This document shows, piece by piece, positions 8,907-19,099 of a DNA stretch of 64,000 bases. Numbering within the stretch: position 1 is the stretch's first letter; each line of letters opens with the position of its first letter. The stretch comes from a virus. Both the position numbers and the translations under genes were made by a program. The notes under the pieces are model-generated. The model worked only from the letters and a program-made list of their open reading frames with translations. It ran no database searches and was not told the origin of the DNA. The DNA lies in the IMG/VR virus record IMGVR_UViG_3300045988_135167; one strand, written 5' to 3'.

Positions 8907-10142
8907 TTAAAATCCTTTGAATCCTTCAATCGCGGACATCAGGTCCAGCGGCTTGCTCAGGTCCACTTCACCCTTCCCGGATTCGGGCTTCTCGGTAGAG
9001 TCAACGGGCTTGGCCACGCCCTTGTTCACGGAAGGAGCGGCTCCGCGCAACTTGCCAATCTTCTTCTTCAGGGCGGCGATTTCCTCCCTGGCCGCATTCA
9101 ATTCGGAAGTGGCTACATCCAGAAGAGCCGAACGCATGAACGCTTCATTGTCGATCTTGTGGCCGAGGTGCCGGGCACGCTTCAGCGTTTCCTCGGTGGG
9201 AACGGTTTCCAGCCCCAGGCTCTTGGCCATCTCGGCCAGGTTTTCCTGGGTGTACTTGGTCAAGTCCACTTCATACTTGCCCTCCGGCGTGAGGGAGGAC
9301 ATGAACTTGTCGGCGTACTCCTGGGCTTTGTCTTCAAAGGCCCAGTGCTTCTGGACAATTTCGTTGCGCCGAATAGCCATGCGGACGAACTTGGCCGTTT
9401 CGGCTGGCGTAATCCCCAGGGACTCGGCAATGTTCAAATAGGCTTCTTCCCGGTCAAAGCTGTCCATCGTGGTGTTTTCCACAATGGCATTGATCTTCTG
9501 GAAGGTTTCATCGGCATCCAGGGCATTGGTCCGGATGATGCTATTCAAGGACGCATTGGCCTTCTCGAAAGGAACGGTCACTTCGTTCTTGTATTCTTCC
9601 GACTCCCGGAACGCATAAGCGTTGAAAGCATTGCGGTACTTTTCAAGCTCGGCTTTTTCATCCTCGGAAACCGGAGCGGCTTTCAACTGCTCCTGAAGCT
9701 CCTTGATTTTCTTTTCCTGCTCCTTCAACTGAACGCGCATTTCCGCAAACTTCTGCGTAGCGCGGGGACTGGTCTTGGGCTGGGTCGGTTCCCCTCCTTC
9801 TTCGTTCTCCGGCTCGCTGGGTTCATCACCCTGGGGTTCGGAAGATTCGTTTTCAGGTTCACCGCCTTGTTCATTCTCCGGAGCCGGGGAAGGTTCGGCA
9901 GGGTTTCCCGGTTCAGGATTCTGCGTTGCATCGGGAGCCTGGTTGGGGTCGAACTCCCCGCGGTTCATCTGTTCATAGATTTCCGTGGGTTGCTGGGCCG
10001 CGGCATCCGCTTTTGCAATGGCTTCGTTCACCAAGTCCAGCAAGCCTCCGGCAGAGCTGGAAGGCATGGAAGACGGATTGATGTCACCGTTGACGGGGTT
10101 GACAGTAACATCCGGAGTAGGGGCAATAATAGGATCACTCAT
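8907..10142 (-). CDS. Putative scaffolding protein, 411 aa.
   Basis: Glu/Gln/Lys-rich coiled-coil-like sequence (QLKEQEKKIKELQEQLKA) and an acidic Pro/Glu-rich N-terminus. Lies between portal and capsid. Confidence 0.5.
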   Translation of the reverse strand: MSDPIIAPTPDVTVNPVNGDINPSSMPSSSAGGLLDLVNEAIAKADAAAQQPTEIYEQMNRGEFDPNQAPDATQNPEPGNPAEPSPAPENEQGGEPENESSEPQGDEPSEPENEEGGEPTQPKTSPRATQKFAEMRVQLKEQEKKIKELQEQLKAAPVSEDEKAELEKYRNAFNAYAFRESEEYKNEVTVPFEKANASLNSIIRTNALDADETFQKINAIVENTTMDSFDREEAYLNIAESLGITPAETAKFVRMAIRRNEIVQKHWAFEDKAQEYADKFMSSLTPEGKYEVDLTKYTQENLAEMAKSLGLETVPTEETLKRARHLGHKIDNEAFMRSALLDVATSELNAAREEIAALKKKIGKLRGAAPSVNKGVAKPVDSTEKPESGKGEVDLSKPLDLMSAIEGFKGF

Positions 10143-10522
10143 TGTTGTTGATTATTAAAAGATAGGGGTTTTGGACAAACGCTTTGACCAGGGATAACAG
10201 CACTGAATTTAGAAGCATATTCTTGCATGAATTTATCTGCTATCTGATGTGGAGTCAAGGGAGGAAGAGGTTGATCCTCGTCTTTTTTCAAGGCGGTTTC
10301 CAGATTCATTTCCGTCAACGCTTCCAGTCCATTGAAAGCGGCGTACACTCCGGAAATGAATGCGCCCTGAATGGCGGCCGCATCAATGGATTTTGGAAGA
10401 GAGGGGCCATACATTTCCAGCACGATGCGGATGGCTTCGTGCATCACCGGATGCCGGAGAAGTTCATGGAGCTTCTCTCTTTTGGTCTCGTCGGCCCGGA
10501 ACTCTTGAGGGGTAATCTTCAT
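10139..10522 (-). CDS. Hypothetical protein, 127 aa.
   Basis: ORF translationally coupled to the portal and scaffold genes. Confidence 0.4.
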   Translation of the reverse strand: MKITPQEFRADETKREKLHELLRHPVMHEAIRIVLEMYGPSLPKSIDAAAIQGAFISGVYAAFNGLEALTEMNLETALKKDEDQPLPPLTPHQIADKFMQEYASKFSAVIPGQSVCPKPLSFNNQQQ

Positions 10523-12840
10523 CCTAATAAATCGGTTACGTTTTCATTGGCGGTGGCCGCCGCATCCCGGCTGATTCTGGAATTGGTCTCCCGGTCCTTT
10601 CGTTGCTGTTCCGCTTCAAAGGCCGCCTGTTTGCGTTGCTGTTCCGCTTCAAAGGCCATTTGCTTCATCTGCTCTTCAGTCAAGGGCTGGCCCTGGCCTC
10701 CAGCTTCAGCTTCCATCATCTGGGTCTGCTGGGCTTCACGTTGCATGGCTTCAAGGGCGCGCATTCCATTGGTGATTATTTCATTGCACCGCTTGATCAA
10801 TTCTTCCCACTGCTTGAACTCAGGGATGAACTCCTTGCGAACTGCCAGGTAATCCATGTGCGCGGCAAGCTGGGCCACCAGGCTTTGAATCACCGGAGCG
10901 AGCTGGGTCATTTCCTCCTTGGTCAGTTCCATATCCGGAATCAGGCTCATGATGTAGCGGGCGTGAATGGCCGCATGCGTCCGGTGGTCTTCTTCCGGAA
11001 GGACCGGAACTTCGCGTCCTTCTTCCAGCCAATAGTTCTGCTGAATGGCCACACCTTCCTGGTTGGCGTTGTTGAATGTAGCCTGGGGATCGGGCATCAG
11101 CATGCTGACTACAAACGGGTCAAAGTCATTGCCAAGCATCAGGCGCACCAGGTTCTTCTGGCCTTTCTCCGGAAGGAACTGCATCAGCCCCATGGCATTC
11201 TGGTAGAGAATCTTTCGCTGTACCGGGGAGCCGCTCCCAAGGGAAGGAACCGCCCTGGTGCATTCCACGTCAATCTGCTCAAAAGCCTCAATGGGAATCC
11301 CCTGAGCAACCAGATCATCGCGGAGCCGCTTGACTTCCGCGGAGCCACGCACCGACTCGTCCTTGACATCCATGCGGACAATCCGGCGCACCTGTTCTTT
11401 CATCAAAGAAGTGAAGCAACGAATCAAACGTTCAAGAACATTCTTGCTGATCAGGGTCGCCTGGCCCAGCATAACCTCAGCCTGGAACTGCGTCTTGCTG
11501 TTCCCGGCATCAGCAGTTATATCAATTTCTCCTAAGTGTTGCCTAGAACTGTCGGCCAACATGGCCATCACGGGACCCGCACTTGCATCAATATTGATGG
11601 GGGTGGGGGAGTTCAGATCAAAGTTGGGGTCAACAACCGTGTAGGCTCCCATCGGGGAGACTGCCTGGCTCACACGCGCCGCCTCATTCTTGGGCGTGAT
11701 GGTGTAGGAAAGGTTCTGCTGGGCAATATCCACGGAAGCGCACATCAACTTGCTATGGCTTTGCGCCATGGGGAGAATGTCATGGCCAAATCCGCGGAGG
11801 GCATGGATGTCTCCATTGGTGGAGGTCCCGTAGGGGAACATGATGAACGCTTCCTCCATGGATTCATACGCCTTCTTTTTCTTATACAGGAACTCGTTGT
11901 TCAACTCAAAGTCCCCTCCGGTGAATCCGGCTTCATTCTGAAGGGAAGACTGCGCGGTGTCCCGGTAAAAGACGGAATGGGTCACGGTGCCGTCAAACTC
12001 CTGGACATACATGTGGACGATGGGAATGGTGGTCCCTATCATGTCCTCCAAGGTGATGTCGTGGTTCTTCTGCATCCGTTCAATGTCCGTGTCCACCGTC
12101 CAGGGGTTGTTGACATTGTAGGATCGCGTCTTTAAAACATTGAGAACGGCCTTGACATTCCAGCCCGCTTCCTCCGCATTCTTCTGGTCCCGCACATACG
12201 CATAGAGTTCATGGGCGCGAAGGTCGCGCGTGGCGAACACCAGCTCCAGCGTACTGGGGTCGGGCTTAACATCCCGTTCAAAGGCAAAGTCATCAAGGCC
12301 CCCAGCATTCCAGTACCAGGTATCACGGTCGTCGAAGTAGGCCGTGGCGAATCCATGGAAGCCAAAACAATGAAGAAGATAATTCAGCCGGGAATCATAG
12401 CCCGGCATGTTGCGAATCATTTTGGTGATCTCGTAGCTCATGCGCTCCGAGTAAAAATGACTCATGGATGGATTCCCATACTTTGTTCGTACTGAACAGA
12501 AATAGGGGTTATTATTGAGACAGTCCCGGAGAGCGGCCAGAGCTTTTTCATGGGCCAGCTTCATGGCCCGGAAGTTGACGTTGGTCCGGTACTGCTGGCC
12601 CGTTTGGATCAGGGCCATCTGGTCGTAAGGCTCCGCGCCATCAAGCTCGGCTTGAGCAATGACGCGGACCCTTCGACTGAAAAAATCTGCTTGAAGACAG
12701 GCGAGCAAAAGGGCGCGGGCACCCTCAACGGTCGGAACACGATCCTTGAGCAAATTGCCCTCGGCATCCACTACACCCATCACCCCGGTAGTCGCGCTCG
12801 GCTCCTGGGGTAATTTCTTCGCATCAGATTTCTTCGCCAT
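10519..12840 (-). CDS. Putative portal protein, 773 aa.
   Basis: Size and position relative to the terminase genes (small proteins intervene). C-terminal duplicated QQRKQAAFEAE repeat and an acidic tail. Confidence 0.55.
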   Translation of the reverse strand: MAKKSDAKKLPQEPSATTGVMGVVDAEGNLLKDRVPTVEGARALLLACLQADFFSRRVRVIAQAELDGAEPYDQMALIQTGQQYRTNVNFRAMKLAHEKALAALRDCLNNNPYFCSVRTKYGNPSMSHFYSERMSYEITKMIRNMPGYDSRLNYLLHCFGFHGFATAYFDDRDTWYWNAGGLDDFAFERDVKPDPSTLELVFATRDLRAHELYAYVRDQKNAEEAGWNVKAVLNVLKTRSYNVNNPWTVDTDIERMQKNHDITLEDMIGTTIPIVHMYVQEFDGTVTHSVFYRDTAQSSLQNEAGFTGGDFELNNEFLYKKKKAYESMEEAFIMFPYGTSTNGDIHALRGFGHDILPMAQSHSKLMCASVDIAQQNLSYTITPKNEAARVSQAVSPMGAYTVVDPNFDLNSPTPINIDASAGPVMAMLADSSRQHLGEIDITADAGNSKTQFQAEVMLGQATLISKNVLERLIRCFTSLMKEQVRRIVRMDVKDESVRGSAEVKRLRDDLVAQGIPIEAFEQIDVECTRAVPSLGSGSPVQRKILYQNAMGLMQFLPEKGQKNLVRLMLGNDFDPFVVSMLMPDPQATFNNANQEGVAIQQNYWLEEGREVPVLPEEDHRTHAAIHARYIMSLIPDMELTKEEMTQLAPVIQSLVAQLAAHMDYLAVRKEFIPEFKQWEELIKRCNEIITNGMRALEAMQREAQQTQMMEAEAGGQGQPLTEEQMKQMAFEAEQQRKQAAFEAEQQRKDRETNSRISRDAAATANENVTDLLG

Positions 12841-12842
12841 AT

Positions 12843-13793
12843 TTATTCAGGTTTGTCGGCTTCCACCTTATCAGAAGTGGCCGCTTCGTCAACGGGAACT
12901 TCAGGAGTCTTGGCTTCGGATTCCACTTCCGAGTCTTTACCCATGGCTTCACGTGCCTTCTTGGCCGCTTCCTCAATCTCAGCCTTCTTCCTCTTCAGGG
13001 ATTTGGCCACACTCTTGGGGAGGGTTCCTTCCACGGTGGGAATGGCTCCCTGCTCCACGTTCGGAGTGAACCCGGCCATCGTTGCTTCAGCAGGACTGGA
13101 CACCACCTTGGGCTTGTACTCTGGCTTCACCGTAGGAAGCGGCTCCCCAAGGACCGTGATGGTCTTCTCCCAGTCCTGGACCTGCCGGGCACTTTCCATG
13201 AAAGCGCGCGCCAGAAGATGACGGAAGTGGTCGGTGGCCAGCATCCCCCGGACCATCGGAGCGACGGACCCATAGCGGGAGAGCATGTCATGCGGGAAGA
13301 CGAAGGAGTCCAGAATCAATTCCTTTTTGGAATGAACCACGCCATTGGGCGCACCTTCTACAGCAGTGGCTTCCATCTCGTAGGATTCCCCATACAGGAC
13401 GACCTGCTTGGTTTTCATGTACATGGCTTCCAGTTCATCCAGGCCCGCAGGGGTGATGGACTGGTTGCCGCGCTCGGAGAGCCAGAAGACAGGAACCACG
13501 ATGTTGGCATGAGGACCGCACATGTTCTTGGCATAGGACATCATCTCCGCAAACAAGGCATTGACGAGGGCATAGGTGCCAACAACCGGGTAGGGAAGCT
13601 CCACGACTTTACAGGTGGAGAACAGGGAACCGAGGCTCAACACGAAGGCGTTGGCATCGGAGACGTGCTGGTAATTCGTGAGAATAACCAGATCATGTTC
13701 AGCAAGGGAGGATGTATCCCCGCTGGTCATGGTGGCAATGATTTCGTTCTGCCGGGACAGAACCCTAGGATCACATGGGATAGATACGAACAT
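12843..13793 (-). CDS. Hypothetical protein, 316 aa, with a Lys/Glu-rich C-terminus. A prohead protease is possible but unsupported.
   Basis: ORF between the terminase region and portal. Confidence 0.4.
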   Translation of the reverse strand: MFVSIPCDPRVLSRQNEIIATMTSGDTSSLAEHDLVILTNYQHVSDANAFVLSLGSLFSTCKVVELPYPVVGTYALVNALFAEMMSYAKNMCGPHANIVVPVFWLSERGNQSITPAGLDELEAMYMKTKQVVLYGESYEMEATAVEGAPNGVVHSKKELILDSFVFPHDMLSRYGSVAPMVRGMLATDHFRHLLARAFMESARQVQDWEKTITVLGEPLPTVKPEYKPKVVSSPAEATMAGFTPNVEQGAIPTVEGTLPKSVAKSLKRKKAEIEEAAKKAREAMGKDSEVESEAKTPEVPVDEAATSDKVEADKPE

Positions 13794-13803
13794 ATCTTTG
13801 ATT

Positions 13804-14367
13804 TTAAATTACATGCTTCATGTCCCGGATGGGGATGTTGAAGCTCGCGGGTTTCAGAAGCTCAACATACTGGTGGGGGTTGAGCGTAAAGGCCCGGTCC
13901 AGAATGAGCCGGGAAAACGAATACCACCGCCAATAAAATTGAGACTCAACAAGCGGATGATACAATAAAACGTGGGGAAGTCCACAATTTAAATCAGTAA
14001 GGACCGGGTAGCGGAAGTAGCGCATGTCCCGTCGTTCATTGGAAATATAGTACCGATACGCTGTTAGAAAATGATAGTTATACTTAACCGTCAATAAGTC
14101 ATACGGATAAATATTGGGTGACTCAATCTCCTCGGTGAGTGGGCGCACCTTCATCTTCGGACTGACGAACGCGTTCAAGACATCCCGGTACTTCCAGGCG
14201 CGTCCCCACACCTTCCGCTCCTTCTGAATCTCCGGGTAAAGCTGGGAGTTCTCACTATCCGGACTGACCAGCTTTCCGCGAATCTGGTCTCGTGTTCCCT
14301 TATAAATCATGGCTGAACTTGGCAAGCTTCTCAGTCCCCGGCTCATAATAGGCCGATTCATTGGCAA
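13804..14367 (-). CDS. Hypothetical protein, 187 aa.
   Basis: ORF. Confidence 0.35.
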   Translation of the reverse strand: MPMNRPIMSRGLRSLPSSAMIYKGTRDQIRGKLVSPDSENSQLYPEIQKERKVWGRAWKYRDVLNAFVSPKMKVRPLTEEIESPNIYPYDLLTVKYNYHFLTAYRYYISNERRDMRYFRYPVLTDLNCGLPHVLLYHPLVESQFYWRWYSFSRLILDRAFTLNPHQYVELLKPASFNIPIRDMKHVI

Positions 14368-15073
14368 CCAGCATATTGATCAAGTTAATGAAGGAAGCCG
14401 CGTCAAACTCCGGAAGTTCATTCTTCAAGTCTTCGTAGCCGTCCAGGCTGGTGATGGGGATGGATTCCCACAAGGGATAGTCTTCACGCGCATGCTTGGC
14501 CAGTTGCTTCAACCACTTGGCATACTCCGTTGGTGGGGAGACCAGGAACCAGAAGTCAAGAAACTCCTGCTGGGTAAAGTCCACTGCGGTATGGTGAAGA
14601 TCGGGAACACATTCTCCTTTCTCCACCTGGGCAATCACCTTGCGCCTCCGGTCCGCAACGGCCCCGGCCTCCGTCAGGAAATTGACCATGTACTCCTGGA
14701 TGACCTTCATGTCAGCCAGCCAGTCCTGGATGTTTCCCATCCAGACCCGGAGGGCTTCAATCCGCATCCGGATCAGGTAGGCCATCCGGATGGCTTTGTG
14801 GAAACACCCGCAATGCCGCTGGTTCAGGAACAGGGATTTGTTTCCCCGGAACCTCCGGCCGCAGACGCAGGAAAGAATATAGGGGCTGTAAATGGAATTG
14901 GAAAAAGCCTCCACCTTCAGCGCGCCGCATTCCAGGCCGATGGTCAACGGCTCCTTGGATTCATCCAGGCAAGTGGGGCTTTCGGCCAGAACAGTATCTT
15001 CCGGAACCGGGGAGATGGTCAACGGAAGGTACTTCTTAAAGATGTCATGGAAGTCAGGTTTCTTCGGGGACAT
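14300..15073 (-). CDS. Hypothetical Cys-containing protein, 257 aa.
   Basis: CVCGRRF...HCGCFH cluster. Confidence 0.35.
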   Translation of the reverse strand: MSPKKPDFHDIFKKYLPLTISPVPEDTVLAESPTCLDESKEPLTIGLECGALKVEAFSNSIYSPYILSCVCGRRFRGNKSLFLNQRHCGCFHKAIRMAYLIRMRIEALRVWMGNIQDWLADMKVIQEYMVNFLTEAGAVADRRRKVIAQVEKGECVPDLHHTAVDFTQQEFLDFWFLVSPPTEYAKWLKQLAKHAREDYPLWESIPITSLDGYEDLKNELPEFDAASFINLINMLVANESAYYEPGTEKLAKFSHDL

Positions 15074-15103
15074 ATCCTGATCCTAAAGTCTCCGGTTCAG
15101 AGA

Positions 15104-15802
15104 TCAAGGCTTTTTCGGATTCCCTACCACGATCTTGCGCCGGACGCTGTTTTCCTCCACAACGGGAACTTCCTTGCGCTTTCCCTCTTCATCCAGGATG
15201 ACATTGCCTGAAGCATCCACTTCCGTCTGCATTACAATCTGTCGCGTGGTGTCCGTCTGCTCAATCTCAATGTCGTTCAGCAACTGCTTCAACAACTCAA
15301 CGTCATTATCGGACAATGCCTTGTGCATACTGGCGTTGAGTTCGTTGGCGCCCTTCAGCACGGAAAGCAGGTTGGCCAGTTCCTTGTAGGTAGAGGGGTC
15401 GCAGTCGTCCACGAACTCCTTGATCTTCCGCATCCCCTTTACCATCAGCTCGGAGAAGTCGCTGTTGACTTTATCCAGGATGGTGCAGATCGTATCAATC
15501 CGCTGGGTCCTCCGCTGGATAGCCATGGACTGTGCGCTCTTGTAATAAGTGGCCAGCATGGAATCCCTTACCTGTAATTCCTCCTTGCTCAACTCCACTT
15601 CTTCAAGGAAGGCATTGAGCTGGGCTTCGGTCAATCCAGTACAGGAAGCAATCACGGAAATGGGAACCCCGTCCTTGTACTGGGCAATCGCCTTCTTTTT
15701 GGCAATCGTCATGTCCTCGGTCTGGGGTTCAAGACTGGCGGCTTTTAAAACGTTCATCGTTGATATAGGAGTTTCTGGTACTCGGCCACGTCGTCGCGCC
15801 AA
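15104..15802 (-). CDS. HTH-containing protein, 232 aa, a possible terminase small subunit or regulator.
   Basis: N-terminal IAQYKDGVPISVIASCTGLTEAQL helix-turn-helix-like segment next to the terminase large subunit. Confidence 0.3.
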   Translation of the reverse strand: MARRRGRVPETPISTMNVLKAASLEPQTEDMTIAKKKAIAQYKDGVPISVIASCTGLTEAQLNAFLEEVELSKEELQVRDSMLATYYKSAQSMAIQRRTQRIDTICTILDKVNSDFSELMVKGMRKIKEFVDDCDPSTYKELANLLSVLKGANELNASMHKALSDNDVELLKQLLNDIEIEQTDTTRQIVMQTEVDASGNVILDEEGKRKEVPVVEENSVRRKIVVGNPKKP

Positions 15803-17586
15803 GTACGCTGGGGTTCATGGACAATAACAAAGTCCCGGCTGTCTTTCAAGTAAGAGGCAATCTCACTTTCAGAAATGATCCGGTTCCCGTTGGCATCCCG
15901 GCGGTGCTGGGTAACATCCACCTGGGCTTGCCGAACCTTGCGCTGGTTGATCTTTCCAAACTCGCGGGCATTCAGGCGAACCATCATGTGGATGACCAGG
16001 GCTACGGCATCCGCACTGTCGGGGCTTCGGGCCAGACGCTTCTTCATCTTTTCCTTTCGCTCCACGCAGATCAGCTTGCCGCGGGTCTCATAGTGCCGGG
16101 TGGTCAGCTCGGAGATCGTCTCCGGGTCCAGGCCATAGAGCTGGCGCGAGGCCAGGGCGAGCTTGATGGCTCCCCACAATTCAGAGACCTTGTTGGCGTA
16201 AAGGTCGCACCCGCGTTCCGGGATGTTGGCTGACATCGGGGAGGCACTGGCCTTGCCGGAAAAAGAGACGGAGCAGAACTTGGCCCCGATGAAGGAAGCC
16301 AGAATCTCGGCAAACGCAATGCCTCCGGTCACGTCCACGGCCAGATTGGCCGGGGGAATCTTCTCCGTTTCCAGAATCTCGGCTACTTGCTTGGCCACAT
16401 CAAAGTTTCGTTCCTTGTTCTCTTCCTTGGTCGCCGTGGACTTGATGAAGAAGGTCTTGTCAATGCAGACGCAAAAGTGATGGTCAATGTCGTAACCCAT
16501 GATGGCCGTCTTCAGGCAAGCCTGGTCCCCGCCATTGGTATAGGCCGGGTCCAGCCCCGCGATCCTAGTCACAGGCTCTGGCCCCCACAGAGGGCGCGTG
16601 TCGGCATCGGCGTTGATAATCTCGGCCTCAGACATCAAGCAACCTTCCTCAATGTCATCGGAAAAGGTAGCCTTGTAGAACCGGAGAACCTGCGGGGAGT
16701 TCTCGCCATACCGGGTGATGGCATCGTCGATGACCTGCTTGGGCGTGAAGAAAGACCAGTCCTCCCGGCCGCAAACAATCCGGGGGTTCTTCAGGTTATC
16801 GAACCGGATGTAGATTCCATCCTCCGTTTCCCATAGCTCGTCTTCCATCAAGTCCACTGACTTCCACCCGCGCTTGGGAGTGGCCAAAAGACCGAACGCA
16901 TCCATGCGGCCCTTCGGGTTGGACGCGGCAATCAGCGTCGGCGGGGTGTCCACGGCGTTGGTCCGCAGGTTGGTTCTCCAGACTTCCACCAGTTCAATGG
17001 GAAGTTCGGACAACTCGTCATAAAAGACGTGCATGTTCTTTGACTTGATCCCGATAAACCTGGAGCGGGGGTCCCCGATGTTGGCACAAGGAATGATATG
17101 AATGCCGCGGGAATCGTCGATCTTGCCTTCATCGTTGAGACCCTTGATCTGCCCTTTGCCGTCCACCAGCTTGCCGGGAAACTCGGACCGCCAGAATCTT
17201 TTCACGTCCTTGAAGATACGCTTCTTGGCACCTTCAATAGTCGTGGACGTGATCAAGCACATCGTATTGGTGGGGTCGGCCAAATAAAACAGCAGGGCCA
17301 GCAGGGCCATAATCATGGACTTGCCGCAGGAGGAACCACCGCCCATAATGCAAACGTCGTTTTCACAGGCGTGCTTCAGGCCATATTCCAGCCAGGGATT
17401 CCAAATGACCGGAGTGGGAGAGTCCCGGTAGTTCCACAAAAGATTGATGCAGTTGACCGCATGTCCGTAACGGCCCAGGCCCCCTTTTTCTTCCGGCCAT
17501 GCGTACTTGAAGCACCACAGTTCAATATTGATGTCCGTGGTTCCAACCTCCCATGCCCGTCCATACCTTGTGAACTTCCTTGCCAT
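15754..17586 (-). CDS. terL: Terminase large subunit, 610 aa.
   Basis: N-terminal P-loop CIMGGGSSCGKSM, followed by an acidic nuclease-type C-terminal half. Typical size. Confidence 0.7.
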   Translation of the reverse strand: MARKFTRYGRAWEVGTTDINIELWCFKYAWPEEKGGLGRYGHAVNCINLLWNYRDSPTPVIWNPWLEYGLKHACENDVCIMGGGSSCGKSMIMALLALLFYLADPTNTMCLITSTTIEGAKKRIFKDVKRFWRSEFPGKLVDGKGQIKGLNDEGKIDDSRGIHIIPCANIGDPRSRFIGIKSKNMHVFYDELSELPIELVEVWRTNLRTNAVDTPPTLIAASNPKGRMDAFGLLATPKRGWKSVDLMEDELWETEDGIYIRFDNLKNPRIVCGREDWSFFTPKQVIDDAITRYGENSPQVLRFYKATFSDDIEEGCLMSEAEIINADADTRPLWGPEPVTRIAGLDPAYTNGGDQACLKTAIMGYDIDHHFCVCIDKTFFIKSTATKEENKERNFDVAKQVAEILETEKIPPANLAVDVTGGIAFAEILASFIGAKFCSVSFSGKASASPMSANIPERGCDLYANKVSELWGAIKLALASRQLYGLDPETISELTTRHYETRGKLICVERKEKMKKRLARSPDSADAVALVIHMMVRLNAREFGKINQRKVRQAQVDVTQHRRDANGNRIISESEIASYLKDSRDFVIVHEPQRTWRDDVAEYQKLLYQR

Positions 17587-18173
17587 CAGGGTTTAACCAG
17601 GATTGCTTTCCAATCTTCAAGAGTCAATGAATTGTCTTCCATCTCCGTGCGGTAGGCGTACAGGGCAATCAGCAGTGCATCTGCGGTGGTCAGGGTCACC
17701 CTAATCTGGGGAAAGAGTTCCTGAGCAATGGCCTTCAAGTGCCGCTTCCATTTCTGGTAGCCAATGCCGGAAGAGGTCAGTCCGGTCTCATAGGCTCCGA
17801 CTGTTCGTTGCCATCGCTGGGGTAACACCGGAACCACCTTCATCCCCAGGGCTGTTGCGGTTCCCTTGAGGTCTCCGACGTTTTCGCCCAGCACGCCCAT
17901 GGACCGGGGGTTGCTCAAGCGGATGAAGTTTCCTTCCGAATCGCGTCGGCCTCCCTGGGCATAGGTCAGGAACTCATAGTAGAACCGGGCGGCCTTCGGA
18001 GTCTGCACCAGCCGAAGAAAGTCCACAACCCCCTGAAGCTTCGGAGGCATTGCTCCGTAGTAAATGACTTTGTTCTTGGTGTCCAGGTGGACCAGCGCAC
18101 CATTCTTTTTTCCGGGGTCGCACGCAATGATTCGGAACTTTAACGTCTTCATGATAAATAGAAATCCCCGCAA
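17586..18173 (-). CDS. RuvC-like Holliday junction resolvase, 195 aa.
   Basis: N-terminal FRIIACDPGKKNGALV matches the RuvC/RNase H-fold signature (I-x-DPG-x-x-x-G). Confidence 0.5.
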   Translation of the reverse strand: MRGFLFIMKTLKFRIIACDPGKKNGALVHLDTKNKVIYYGAMPPKLQGVVDFLRLVQTPKAARFYYEFLTYAQGGRRDSEGNFIRLSNPRSMGVLGENVGDLKGTATALGMKVVPVLPQRWQRTVGAYETGLTSSGIGYQKWKRHLKAIAQELFPQIRVTLTTADALLIALYAYRTEMEDNSLTLEDWKAILVKP

Positions 18174-18267
18174 CCTTCTAAGGGGTTACGGGGATTCTAT
18201 GGATTTATCGGAGTGTTGTCAACCTACTTCAGGTTTGTTTCAATCCACGCGCCTGGCGTGGCGCGAG

Positions 18268-19041
18268 TCACTTCAGGAACTCACCCATGGATGATTCCTG
18301 GAGAGCTTCGACCTGGCCTTCGATCTTGTTGGGGTTGATGTTCACGCGGAACTTCCCATACTTGGCTCCAGTGGTCTTGCTCACTTCCACCGTGCAACCG
18401 ATCTTAACACGGAAGGGACGGAGAGCAAGGGCGGGATCAGAGGCCATCATGGCGAAGGTGTAGAGCGGCTTGCCGGTGGTGTTGTACTGGTTGCCGTTGG
18501 CAATGCAACGGGCCATGCACCACTTGGAACCCATGAACTCCTGTTGGAAGAAGATGTCCAAGGCACTGTCGGAAGAGTTCTTCACGACGGTTTCCGGACG
18601 CTTGATCAGCAGGATCATGGAAGCCACATTGTCAATGTCGCGGTCGGTGAATCCTTCAGCGAGATATTCATCACGGGTCTGGAACGCGCGGGGGATCGTG
18701 TTGGCATCATAAGCCATGCGTTCCCGGTAGGATTTGTTCAGGGACAGGACGATACATTCCAGGGGGTTTTCACTGTTGGCCACCACAGAAGTCAGGAGCG
18801 GGGAGGAAATGATCATATCCCCAACCTTTCCATCAATCTCGGAAGCGTAAGTTCCCTGGCCGGAATAAAGCTTCAGGTGGGGGTAATTAACGTCACGGGC
18901 ATCAAAGTCGCCGCTAATGGCGGCTACGGTCTGGTCCGGCTTTACGGCCGTGGCCACTTCACCTTTTTGAGGAGTCGCAAGGGTTTCTTCAACTACATCG
19001 GCAGGTTTTACTTCTTCGTCTTTCGGTGCTACTTTAGGCAT
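18268..19041 (-). CDS. Hypothetical protein. The likely start is MPKVAPKDEE at 19041; the ORF track's 19122 start would place a hairpin inside the coding sequence.
   Basis: ORF. The GGCGGGTTGACCCCGCC hairpin at 19059-19075 lies upstream of the ATG at 19041. Confidence 0.4.
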   Translation of the reverse strand: MPKVAPKDEEVKPADVVEETLATPQKGEVATAVKPDQTVAAISGDFDARDVNYPHLKLYSGQGTYASEIDGKVGDMIISSPLLTSVVANSENPLECIVLSLNKSYRERMAYDANTIPRAFQTRDEYLAEGFTDRDIDNVASMILLIKRPETVVKNSSDSALDIFFQQEFMGSKWCMARCIANGNQYNTTGKPLYTFAMMASDPALALRPFRVKIGCTVEVSKTTGAKYGKFRVNINPNKIEGQVEALQESSMGEFLK

Positions 19042-19099
19042 ATCTCTCGTATGATTATATGTTCGTATTGCTGGCGGGGTCAACCCGCCAGGGAGAATC

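Noticed and set aside
12843-13793. Prohead protease assignment for the 316-aa protein between the terminase region and portal.
   Set aside because: Its position is suggestive, but I could not find a Ser/His/Asp or Ser-Lys protease signature, so it is left as hypothetical.
15754-15802. 49-nt overlap between the terminase large subunit and the downstream HTH protein, as a possible programmed frameshift.
   Set aside because: There is no slippery heptamer or structure. A simple overlapping or alternative start is more likely.
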